From an uncultured Steroidobacteraceae bacterium (GTDB lineage Bacteria > Pseudomonadota > Gammaproteobacteria > Steroidobacterales > Steroidobacteraceae), in assembly GCA_964528845.1 (NCBI GenBank), contig CAZGVE010000018.1:1052-65051 (forward strand): a stretch of DNA of 64,000 nt, given 5' to 3'. Of this stretch, positions 1-7,347 are shown piece by piece. Every line of letters begins with the position of its first letter. The stretch's first letter is position 1. The notes under the pieces were generated by a model. It saw only the letters and a program-made list of their open reading frames with translations, was not told the DNA's origin and did no database searches. Both the position numbers and the translations under genes were made by a program.

Positions 1-203
1 CGGTAAGGCATCAGGATACGCTGATCGTGGAGCAGCGCTCACACTGCGAGCGTGCGCGCGCCGACTGGCTCGAGGCGGCGGCACGCAAGAACGCGGTCGG
101 CAAAGTCATCGCCCAGGCGCGCACCGAGGACCAGCAGATAGAGGATCGCAAGGCGCAGAAGGAATTCGACGATCGCGCCCAGCGGATCGGGGGTGCGCGG
201 TGA
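1..203 (+). CDS. fliJ: Flagellar export chaperone FliJ, C-terminal fragment (5' end outside window)
   Basis: Frame 3 is open from the window edge to TGA at 201-203. It translates as ...EQRSHCERARADWLEAAARKNAVGKVIAQARTEDQQIEDRKAQKEFDDRAQ, a coiled-coil charged tail. It lies immediately upstream of fliK and overlaps its GTG start, which is the canonical fliJ-fliK order. Confidence 0.55.
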   Translation, partial: VRHQDTLIVEQRSHCERARADWLEAAARKNAVGKVIAQARTEDQQIEDRKAQKEFDDRAQRIGGAR

Positions 204-1501
204 TGGGCTCCGGATCGCCAGTCCTCGGAAGCCCAAGTCCACTGCCGGCCGTCGGCGAGGTGCGCGCGAACGCATCGGATGCCCGTCCGCAGCAAGCGCA
301 CGACAATGCCGGCTCGTTCGCCAATGTGATGGAGTCCACCCGGGACACGAGCACTTCGAGCGCGCAAGGTGGGACCACGCAGACCGCGCCTGCGCGCCAG
401 GACACAGCCGCGCGTGGCCAAGCCGCCGCGGCATCGACGACGCGCTCCGGCGCGCAAGCCGACAACGGGCCTAAGGGCGCTGCGCAGGACAATCCTCCGC
501 CCGGTGCTGCAATGACCGCGTCGGCGCAACCCCCAGCACCAGCGCAGGCCGCGGCGCGTGCCGAGAGCACACGGGACGACGCCATCGCTGCACTGCTGCC
601 GGCGCTGGACGCCGGAGCCTCGACGCAGGGCACCGCGGGTGCGAGCGATGCCACCGATGCCGCCACGGCAGCGCCACCGGCGAAGGATGCCACCGCAAAG
701 AGTGATCTGACTGGCGCGACCGTGACCGACCCCGCAGGGTTGCTGGCGATGATGTTCGGTGGCGCCGTCCCCGCTCCGGGCGGCGATTCCGGTGGCGCAG
801 GCGAAGCGGGTGCGCTGGATGCGCCAGGTTCCATTGCCATCGGCTCGGGCGGCAAGGCCACGGCGGTGCGCGTAGCCGCAGCCGATGCGGCCATGACCCT
901 GCCCGGCCTCCAGCCAGCCGCCGCGGCGGCGGGCTCCGAATCCGCAGTGCCGCTCGCCCTGCTGCCGGATGCCACGGCATCCGGTGGCGGCGGCAGCGAT
1001 AACCAGGCGGCGCAGAAGGCCGCGGCTCCATCGGTGCAGGCGATGTCCGACCTGATGCGAAGCTTGAGTCCCGCCGCACCCGCGGCCGCGATCGCCGAGC
1101 AGGCCATCGCGGTGCCGGTCGGCAGCGCCGGCTGGGGAGCTGCGGTTGCCGCGCAGGTGCACTGGCTCGCCGGCAGCGGCGTCACCAGCGCGACGCTGCG
1201 CCTGGCGCCCGAGCACCTGGGGCCGGTGCAGGTGATCATCGATCTGCAGTCCTCACAGGTGAACGTGAGCTTCAGCGCGGCGCATGCCGACACTCGCGCC
1301 GCACTCGAGCAGGCACTGCCGAAGCTGCGAGAGATGTTCGCCAGCGGGGGACTGGCCCTGGGCCAGGCGAGCGTTCAGCAGGAATCACGCCCGGGTGCGC
1401 AATCCGCAATGCCCGCGCGCGTGACGCACGTCACCGAGAGCGCCGCCAGCCGGCCCCTGCCCATGGCCCGGGCACTCGGGCTGGTAGACGAATATGCGTG
1501 A
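200..1501 (+). CDS. fliK: Flagellar hook-length control protein FliK
   Basis: 433 aa with an Ala/Pro/Gly-rich low-complexity N-terminal two-thirds. The conserved FliK C-terminal domain is present (LRLAPEHLGPVQVIIDLQSSQVNVSFSAAHADTRAALEQALPKLREMF). Position between fliJ and fliL fits. Confidence 0.85.
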   Translation: MMGSGSPVLGSPSPLPAVGEVRANASDARPQQAHDNAGSFANVMESTRDTSTSSAQGGTTQTAPARQDTAARGQAAAASTTRSGAQADNGPKGAAQDNPPPGAAMTASAQPPAPAQAAARAESTRDDAIAALLPALDAGASTQGTAGASDATDAATAAPPAKDATAKSDLTGATVTDPAGLLAMMFGGAVPAPGGDSGGAGEAGALDAPGSIAIGSGGKATAVRVAAADAAMTLPGLQPAAAAAGSESAVPLALLPDATASGGGGSDNQAAQKAAAPSVQAMSDLMRSLSPAAPAAAIAEQAIAVPVGSAGWGAAVAAQVHWLAGSGVTSATLRLAPEHLGPVQVIIDLQSSQVNVSFSAAHADTRAALEQALPKLREMFASGGLALGQASVQQESRPGAQSAMPARVTHVTESAASRPLPMARALGLVDEYA

Positions 1502-1551
1502 ATGTGAGCCATGCCAGCGACAGCTTTCCGTCCTCGCAGGCAGATTGTCGC

Positions 1552-1567
1552 TGGCGCGGGGCTTGCT
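1552..1567 (+). promoter_or_regulatory. Sigma54-type -24/-12 promoter upstream of fliL
   Basis: TGGCGC-GGGGC-TTGCT matches TGGCAC-N5-TTGCW with the GG and GC dinucleotides at correct spacing. It lies in the fliK-fliL intergenic gap, about 57 nt upstream of the fliL ATG. Confidence 0.6.
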
Positions 1568-1623
1568 CCAGGTGAGCGCCTGCAGTGTTCGGTTCCACCC
1601 CCATCACCGGAAGACAGGTAACC

Positions 1624-2142
1624 ATGGCCGCTGAATCCGCTAAGCAGGATGCCTCCGCGAAGGTCACTCCGATCAAGCCCAAGAAGTCGGGCAAGATGCT
1701 GTGGATCGCGCTTGCGGTCCTCGTGCTCGCCGCCGGTGGCGGCGCGGCCGCCTGGTTCAAGCTCAAGGCGGCCCCCAAGGCCGGATCCAAGGCCGCGGCT
1801 GCCGCGCCCGAGCCGGTCAAGGCGCCTCTCTACTACAAGCTCGATCCGGCATTCGTGGTCAATTTCGGCGGCGAGGGCAGCGCGCGCTACCTGCAGATTA
1901 CGGTGGAGATCATGTCGCGCGATGCCCCGGTGCTGGATGTGATCAAGAACAACGACCCCGCGGTCCGTGACCAACTGGTGCAGCTGTTCTCGAGCCAGGA
2001 CAACGGGACGCTGATGACTACCGAGGGCAAGGACAAGCTGCGCGCGTCCACGCTGGATTCGATACGCAAGGTGATCGACGGAGTAGGCGGCAGCGGCAAG
2101 CTCATCGAGGCGGTGTATTTCACCAGCTTCGTGATCCAGTAG
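1624..2142 (+). CDS. fliL: Flagellar basal-body-associated protein FliL
   Basis: N-terminal TM helix (MLWIALAVLVLAAGGGAAAWF) followed by the FliL core (PLYYKLDPAFVVNFGGEGSARYLQITVEIMSRD...LVQLFSSQ). The start was moved from the track start 1585 to ATG 1624, which fits the sigma54 transcript. Confidence 0.9.
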   Translation: MAAESAKQDASAKVTPIKPKKSGKMLWIALAVLVLAAGGGAAAWFKLKAAPKAGSKAAAAAPEPVKAPLYYKLDPAFVVNFGGEGSARYLQITVEIMSRDAPVLDVIKNNDPAVRDQLVQLFSSQDNGTLMTTEGKDKLRASTLDSIRKVIDGVGGSGKLIEAVYFTSFVIQ

Positions 2143-2179
2143 CCGGAATGTTGTCAAGCAACCCGATAGCAGAAGGACC

Positions 2180-2530
2180 ATGAGTACACAGAGCGCAAGA
2201 GCCATCGAGCCCCAGCCCGCGGCCCTGGGAAACTTGAAGCCGGACGCGCCGGAAGGCGATCCAAACCGTGAGCTCAATCTCGACGTGGTGCTGGATATTC
2301 CAGTCACACTGTCGATGGAAGTGGGCCGCAGCCGCATCAGCATCCGCAACCTGCTGCAGCTCAACCAGGGTTCCGTGGTCGAGCTCGAACGCGCGACCGG
2401 GGAGCCGCTGGATGTCTACGTAAACGGCACGCTGATCGCGCATGGCGAGGTTGTCGTCGTGAACGAGAAATTCGGCATCCGGCTGACCGACGTCATCAGT
2501 CCCGCCGAGCGCATCCGCAAGCTGAAGTAG
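2180..2530 (+). CDS. fliN: Flagellar motor switch protein FliN
   Basis: 116 aa with the SpoA/FliN C-terminal domain (LDVVLDIPVTLSMEVGRSRISIRNLLQLNQGSVVELERATGEPLDVYVNGTLIAHGEVVVVNEKFGIRLTDV). Confidence 0.92.
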   Translation: MSTQSARAIEPQPAALGNLKPDAPEGDPNRELNLDVVLDIPVTLSMEVGRSRISIRNLLQLNQGSVVELERATGEPLDVYVNGTLIAHGEVVVVNEKFGIRLTDVISPAERIRKLK

Positions 2531-2544
2531 CCTGCGCAGAGCGC

Positions 2545-2571
2545 TCAAGAATCCTGCCTGGCGGCCGATAG
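2545..2571 (+). promoter_or_regulatory. Candidate FliA (sigma28) promoter upstream of the HDOD gene
   Basis: TCAAGAAT-N11-GCCGATAG compared with consensus TAAAGTTT-N11-GCCGATAA gives 5/8 and 7/8 matches at exact spacing. It lies in the 72-bp fliN-HDOD gap, about 32 nt upstream of the GTG start at 2603. Confidence 0.5.
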
Positions 2572-2602
2572 TTCGGGCGACAGAGCATTCAGGAGCCACA
2601 GC

Positions 2603-3481
2603 GTGTCACTGACGAAACCTACCGGGCCTGCGCCGGCGCCCAGCCACCAGTCCTTGTTCCAGTTCGTCAGCCGCCTCGCCGGGGAACTCTCGGGCGGGCG
2701 CGTCGACCTGCCGTCCTTCCCGGAGGCGGCGGCGCGGCTGCAGCACGTACTCAGCGACGAGAGCGTCAACAGCGAGCGGGTCGCGCGCGTAGTGAGTTCC
2801 GATGCGGGGCTCGCAGCACGCATCCTGACCATGGCGAACTCCACTCTGCTGAGCCGCGGCGGCCCCGCGGTCACCGATCTGAAGGTTGCCATCACGCGCA
2901 TTGGCTACGAGCACATCCGCACCGCAGCCCTGGCCTATGCGACGGCGCAGCTGCAGCGCGCGCCCGAGCTGCGCCATATCCGTCCCTATCTGGAGAAGTT
3001 CTGGCAGGAGGGCGTGCGGGTCGCCGCGCTGGCCCATGCGATGGCGAAGGAGTCGCGGCGCGTGCGCAGCGACGAAGCCATGCTCGCCGGCCTGCTGCAC
3101 AATATCGGCAAGATCTACATCCTGGCGCGCACGCCGGTGCCCTCGAGCGGCAGCGTCGAATATGCCGAGGAGGCGCTGCGCGACTGGTATCCGAGCATCG
3201 GACAGGCGCTGATCGAAAACTGGAAGCTGCCAGAGCAGATCGCGCTGGCGATCGGCGGCCAGCTCGAAGTCGATCGTGAGCACAGCGGACCGCCCGACCT
3301 GCAGGACCTGCTGATCGTCGCCGTGGCGGTCGCGGCACAGATGACCTCCGGCAATGCCGACGATGCGGCGCTGGCGCGGATGCCACCCTCGACTGCCCTC
3401 GGGTTGAGCGACTCGGCATTCGTGCGGATCATGTTCGAGTCTGCGACCGAAGTGGCGATGCTGCAGGCCGCTCTCGGCTGA
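2603..3481 (+). CDS. HDOD domain-containing protein (putative signalling or modulator protein)
   Basis: 292 aa with HDOD-type features: N-terminal PSFPEAAARLQHVLSDE (the usual 'lP.lP.v..kl..l' style start) and a degenerate HD region LAGLLHNIGKIYILAR. A CAGGAG Shine-Dalgarno sequence precedes the GTG start. Confidence 0.8.
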   Translation: MSLTKPTGPAPAPSHQSLFQFVSRLAGELSGGRVDLPSFPEAAARLQHVLSDESVNSERVARVVSSDAGLAARILTMANSTLLSRGGPAVTDLKVAITRIGYEHIRTAALAYATAQLQRAPELRHIRPYLEKFWQEGVRVAALAHAMAKESRRVRSDEAMLAGLLHNIGKIYILARTPVPSSGSVEYAEEALRDWYPSIGQALIENWKLPEQIALAIGGQLEVDREHSGPPDLQDLLIVAVAVAAQMTSGNADDAALARMPPSTALGLSDSAFVRIMFESATEVAMLQAALG

Positions 3482-3510
3482 AAAAAGGGGCCCTTGCGGG
3501 CCCCCCCTTT
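3481..3510. terminator. Bidirectional rho-independent terminator between the HDOD gene and the DUF4382 gene
   Basis: A-run, then GGGGCCC-TTGC-GGGCCCC hairpin, then a CCCTTTG run. It lies directly after the HDOD stop and between convergent genes. Confidence 0.75.
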
Positions 3511-3512
3511 GT

Positions 3513-3571
3513 GCTCAGAGCAGGGGGTCGTGCTGAGAGCGACGGGGTCGCGCTCAGAGCGACGGGGTCGT
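3513..3571. repeat. Three tandem copies of a 19-20 bp unit spanning the stop codon of the DUF4382 gene
   Basis: The copies are GCTCAGAGCAGGGGGTCGT, GCTGAGAGCGACGGGGTCGC and GCTCAGAGCGACGGGGTCGT. The last copy encodes the C-terminal TTPSL-stop of the minus-strand gene. Confidence 0.85.
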
Positions 3572-5521
3572 GCCGGTGTAGTACGTCACGACGTAACCCT
3601 TGAGCGTGCCATCGGCCTGTACCAGGCCGGAGACGCGGGTAAGCGCGCCGTTCACCAATCCTGCCGTCAGCGTTGCCAGCCCAGCGGGAGTCGTGATGTC
3701 GACCGGGCTCACCGTGACGATCCCATTGTTGCGGTCCACCTGGTACACCAGGGTCGCCGAGCCGCTCGCCGTGCTGACGTCCACCGTCACCGGCTGCGTG
3801 CCATAGAGCACCGAGTTGAGCGCCGTGATCGCGAAGTTGTAGGCAGTACCCGAACCGGCCAGCGGCGTGGATACCTTGGCGATGGGTACCGGCACCGGCA
3901 GCAGGACCGTCGCGGCGGCGGCCCAGCCGCTCGCGTTGGCCGGGTCTTCCCATACGTTGTAGCTCACGCCCACGGCCGGGATCACGCCGGCGGCCGTGCC
4001 GAAGCTCGCGCTCCCGGCGGTGGCGCTGACGAAGCTGCTGATGGCGTTCGCGCCGTAATTCACCAGCGTCGGATAGGCGAAGTTCCACCACTTGTAGCCG
4101 GTGATCGCATTGCCACTCGCATCCGAGCCGTTCGCCGTTGACGGCGACAGGTAGTTCAGCGCGATGCTGTAGTCATCGCCGCTGCTCGGGTAGTTGTGGG
4201 TATAGGTGAAGTTCGATGCATTGGGCTGAGAGATGGTGCCGGAATACTGCGCGGTCTCGATGTCGATGCTCTGCGCCACCAGCGGCACGGCGAGCGGATC
4301 GACGACGCTGGCATGCACCTTGAAGCCGCGTACCAGGTTGTGGCTCGCGAGGAATGCCGGACCGGTGCCGATAGGCGTCGCGTCGGCCAAGGCATTCTGC
4401 GGCTGCCGGAAGAAGAATTCCGTCGCGGAATTGACCAGCAGCGGCACGCCGACGCCCGATTCGTTCTCCACCACAACGGTGTTGGTCGCAGGATCCGCGT
4501 GCAGCACGTGGCCCTCGGGACTCACCCAGACGCCCGCAAAGGTGCTGCTCTCCCAGACGCGGGTGGCTACCAGCGTGCCGTTCTGCTGGTAGCGTGCGGC
4601 GATGCGCACGAACTCGCCGTTCGGGATGTGGAGGCCGCTGAAGCTCTTGACGGTCTGCGTGGTCTTCGCGTCCACGTCGTAGAACAGCGTGCCGTTGGTC
4701 GCATCCGCCAGGATGGTCAGTGACTGGCTGCTCTGCACGGCGGTCTCGGTGCCCTTGGCAGGGAGCACCGGGAAGTCCTTGCTGATCGTGATCGAGCTGC
4801 CATCCGTCGCGACCGCGGTCACCGTGCCATAGGCGTGACGCAGCACGAGGCGCGTGATGTTGCCGACCGTGCGGCGGCGCACCGGCCCGTTGAAATTCAC
4901 CGCCCACTGCGTCGTGGTCGCGCCGGGCGGCAGGTGGCCGATCAGGAATGCGGGATTGGCCAGGTCGAACTCGAGATCGAGCGCCGGGTTCGGCGTACTG
5001 CTGCTCGTCACCGTCAGCGGTGAATCGAAGCTCACCGTGATCGGGACGCTCAACGCGGCCGCGCTTCCGCTCGCATGCAGGATCTGGATATTGGCGGGAT
5101 CGACGGTAGAGCCTGCCGCGGCGCTGAAGCCCGGTTCGGGATTTGATGCCGCGGTGAGCATCACATCGCCCGGATTGCCGCCCACGGTGACCACGGCGCC
5201 GGTGTAGGTGCCCACCGGGATCTGCACATTGCCGAGCAGCTCTCCGATCTGGTCGAGCTGCTCGAGATTCACGTAGGTGCTTCCGGCTGGAGCCGTCCAG
5301 ACCGTCACGGCGCTGCCGCCGCCCTGTGGCAGCAGTGCGATGCTCTGCACCCGCACGCCGATCATGGCCCAGTCCTCGGACGAGGCGTCGCTGATCATCA
5401 CCGGCACGCTGCCATAGGAGGTGGCCATCATGCTGGAGGCGGAGCCATCGCCTCCACCGCATGCGGCAAGACCGGCGGTCAGAGCGCCGCAGACCGCGGC
5501 ATGGATGAGATTGCGTTGCAT
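3554..5521 (-). CDS. Lipoprotein with N-terminal DUF4382-like domain
   Basis: 655 aa. A lipobox signal peptide is present (MQRNLIHAAVCGALTAGLAAC-GGG). A DUF4382-like beta-rich segment follows (VPVMISDASSEDWAMIGVRVQSIALLPQGGG...VNLEQLDQIGELLGNVQIPVGTYTGAVVTV). The rest is Thr/Ser/Ala-rich beta-type sequence. Confidence 0.7.
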   Translation of the reverse strand: MQRNLIHAAVCGALTAGLAACGGGDGSASSMMATSYGSVPVMISDASSEDWAMIGVRVQSIALLPQGGGSAVTVWTAPAGSTYVNLEQLDQIGELLGNVQIPVGTYTGAVVTVGGNPGDVMLTAASNPEPGFSAAAGSTVDPANIQILHASGSAAALSVPITVSFDSPLTVTSSSTPNPALDLEFDLANPAFLIGHLPPGATTTQWAVNFNGPVRRRTVGNITRLVLRHAYGTVTAVATDGSSITISKDFPVLPAKGTETAVQSSQSLTILADATNGTLFYDVDAKTTQTVKSFSGLHIPNGEFVRIAARYQQNGTLVATRVWESSTFAGVWVSPEGHVLHADPATNTVVVENESGVGVPLLVNSATEFFFRQPQNALADATPIGTGPAFLASHNLVRGFKVHASVVDPLAVPLVAQSIDIETAQYSGTISQPNASNFTYTHNYPSSGDDYSIALNYLSPSTANGSDASGNAITGYKWWNFAYPTLVNYGANAISSFVSATAGSASFGTAAGVIPAVGVSYNVWEDPANASGWAAAATVLLPVPVPIAKVSTPLAGSGTAYNFAITALNSVLYGTQPVTVDVSTASGSATLVYQVDRNNGIVTVSPVDITTPAGLATLTAGLVNGALTRVSGLVQADGTLKGYVVTYYTGTTPSL

Positions 5522-5721
5522 AAAGAGCCCTCTCTGGCGTGTAGGTAGAACCCGCTACTGCGGGAACGAGCGCATGAGATTCCGATCGGTTGACACGCGT
5601 CGTCGATCACAGACAGGCGCGTCAGGTTTTCGTCGCCGCCGGGGCACCGTGATGTCGGTCACAGCGCCCCAATTCCGGCAATTCCAGCGGCTTGAACCAC
5701 TTAGCCGTGTCGGCGTCCGCA

Positions 5722-5737
5722 TGGCATAGGGGTTGCT
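5722..5737 (+). promoter_or_regulatory. Sigma54-type -24/-12 promoter upstream of fliO
   Basis: TGGCAT-AGGGG-TTGCT is a near-perfect match to TGGCAC-N5-TTGCW. It lies 49-82 nt upstream of the candidate fliO starts. Confidence 0.65.
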
Positions 5738-5818
5738 CCTTCAGCGCAGGGTCGCGGCCGTGCCGCATTCTGGAGTGACCGGGACTTGAATTCTCTGCAG
5801 CCCCTTCCGTCTCCGGCC

Positions 5819-6283
5819 ATGCGCCGGCGCGCCGCCGTATGCGCTGGTGCAGCATGGCTCGCACTGCAGGCGCATGCCGCGGATGCCGCCGCTTTCGCCG
5901 TGCCCGCGATGACCACACCGGCGACCACGGCTGGCGGCGCCGGCGGGCTGCTGCGCGTCAGCCTCGCGCTGCTGGTCGTGCTCGCGGCAGTGCTCGGCAC
6001 CGGATGGCTTGCCCGCCGCGTCCGCGGCCTCACGGCTTCCGGCAATGGTGGCCTCGAGATCCTCTCCCAGCTGTCGCTCGGCGCGCGCGAACGCGCGGTG
6101 CTGATACGGGTCGGCGACCGGCAGCTGCTGCTCGGCGTCGGCTCCGGTGGCGTGCGCACGCTGCACGTGCTCGATACTCCCAGCGCCACCACCGGCACCG
6201 GCGGAGGTGCCCCCGCGGCGCTGCCGTCCGCGCCCGCAAGACCGAATTTCAGGGAACTGCTGTTGCGCAGTCTCGGCAAGTGA
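5819..6283 (+). CDS. fliO: Flagellar biosynthesis protein FliO
   Basis: Single TM helix (LLRVSLALLVVLAAVLGTGWLARR) plus the conserved FliO tail (LEILSQLSLGARERAVLIRVGDRQLLLGVGSGGVRTLHVL). The start is uncertain, either TTG 5786 or ATG 5819. Confidence 0.8.
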   Translation: MRRRAAVCAGAAWLALQAHAADAAAFAVPAMTTPATTAGGAGGLLRVSLALLVVLAAVLGTGWLARRVRGLTASGNGGLEILSQLSLGARERAVLIRVGDRQLLLGVGSGGVRTLHVLDTPSATTGTGGGAPAALPSAPARPNFRELLLRSLGK

Positions 6284-7047
6284 ACGCACCCATCCGAAGC
6301 CGAAGCGGCTGGAGGCGGGCGCTGTGGATCCTGCCGCTGCTGGCACTGCCATTGATGACCGGCGCTGCCACACCCGGCATCCCCGCGTTCGCCGTGCAGT
6401 CGAGCGGCGGCGGTCAGACCTACACGCTCACGATAGAGCTGCTGGCGCTGATGACGGCGATCACGCTGTTGCCGGCGGCGCTGCTGATGATGACCGCCTT
6501 CACTCGCATCGTGATCGTGCTGTCGATCCTGCGGCAGGCGATCGGCGCCGGGCAGACGCCACCCAACCAGGTACTGGTCGGGCTGGCCCTGTTCCTGACG
6601 CTGTTCGTGATGTCGCCCGTGATCGACAAGATCCACGCCGACGCTGTGACGCCGTACATGGCCGGCACGATCGACACCAGCACCGCGCTGGAGCGCGGCA
6701 TCGCGCCGCTGAAGACCTTCATGCTCGATCAGACGCGCGAGAGCGATATCGCCTCGTTCGTGCGCATTTCCGGCGGCAAGGGGTTTGCCGGCCCCCAGGA
6801 CGTGCCGTTGACGATCCTGCTGCCGGCGTTCGTGACCAGCGAACTCAAGACCGCATTCCAGATCGGCTTCCTGCTCTTCATCCCGTTCGTGATCATCGAT
6901 CTGGTCGTCGCCAGCGTGCTGATGTCGATGGGAATGATGATGCTCTCGCCGGTACTGATCTCACTGCCGTTCAAGATCATGCTGTTCGTGCTGGTGGACG
7001 GCTGGACCCTGGTGATGGGCTCGCTTGCTTCGAGCTTCTACCGATGA
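6280..7047 (+). CDS. fliP: Flagellar type III export gate protein FliP
   Basis: GTG start overlaps the fliO stop. Signal peptide plus highly conserved FliP motifs (LTIELLALMTAITLLPAALLMMTAFTRIVIVLSILRQAIG...FLLFIPFVIIDLVVASVLMSMGMMMLSP). Confidence 0.95.
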   Translation: MNAPIRSRSGWRRALWILPLLALPLMTGAATPGIPAFAVQSSGGGQTYTLTIELLALMTAITLLPAALLMMTAFTRIVIVLSILRQAIGAGQTPPNQVLVGLALFLTLFVMSPVIDKIHADAVTPYMAGTIDTSTALERGIAPLKTFMLDQTRESDIASFVRISGGKGFAGPQDVPLTILLPAFVTSELKTAFQIGFLLFIPFVIIDLVVASVLMSMGMMMLSPVLISLPFKIMLFVLVDGWTLVMGSLASSFYR

Positions 7048-7054
7048 GGATCAC

Positions 7055-7324
7055 ATGACTCCCGAAACCGTCCTGACCATCGGCCAGCGGGCGCTCGAGA
7101 TGACGCTGATGCTGGCCGCGCCGATGCTGATCACCGGCCTGCTCATCGGCCTGCTGGTCGGCATCTTCCAGGCCGCCACGCAGATCAATGAGATGACCCT
7201 GTCGTTCATCCCGAAACTGTTGGGCGCCGCAGCGATGCTCGTGATGGTGGGACCCTGGATGCTCAAGGAGCTGGTGGGCTACACGCGGGCGCTGATCGAG
7301 AGCATTCCGTCGCTGGTGGGCTGA
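7055..7324 (+). CDS. fliQ: Flagellar export gate protein FliQ
   Basis: 89 aa (MTPETVLTIGQRALEMTLMLAAPMLITGLLIGLLVGIFQAATQINEMTLSFIPKL), the typical FliQ sequence. Confidence 0.95.
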   Translation: MTPETVLTIGQRALEMTLMLAAPMLITGLLIGLLVGIFQAATQINEMTLSFIPKLLGAAAMLVMVGPWMLKELVGYTRALIESIPSLVG

Positions 7325-7347
7325 CGCATGCCCGATGCGCTCGCGGC

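Noticed and set aside
106-1293. Long antisense or alternative-frame ORFs overlapping well-supported genes. Examples: 106-1293(-), 7279-8580(-), 18568-20730(+), 29844-31646(-), 37772-39967(-), 44447-46366(-), 58561-60651(-).
   Set aside because: These are typical shadow ORFs of GC-rich DNA. Their translations are Arg/Ala/Gly/Pro-rich low-complexity strings with no recognisable motifs. The opposite or other frame encodes a clearly conserved protein with proper GC3 periodicity.
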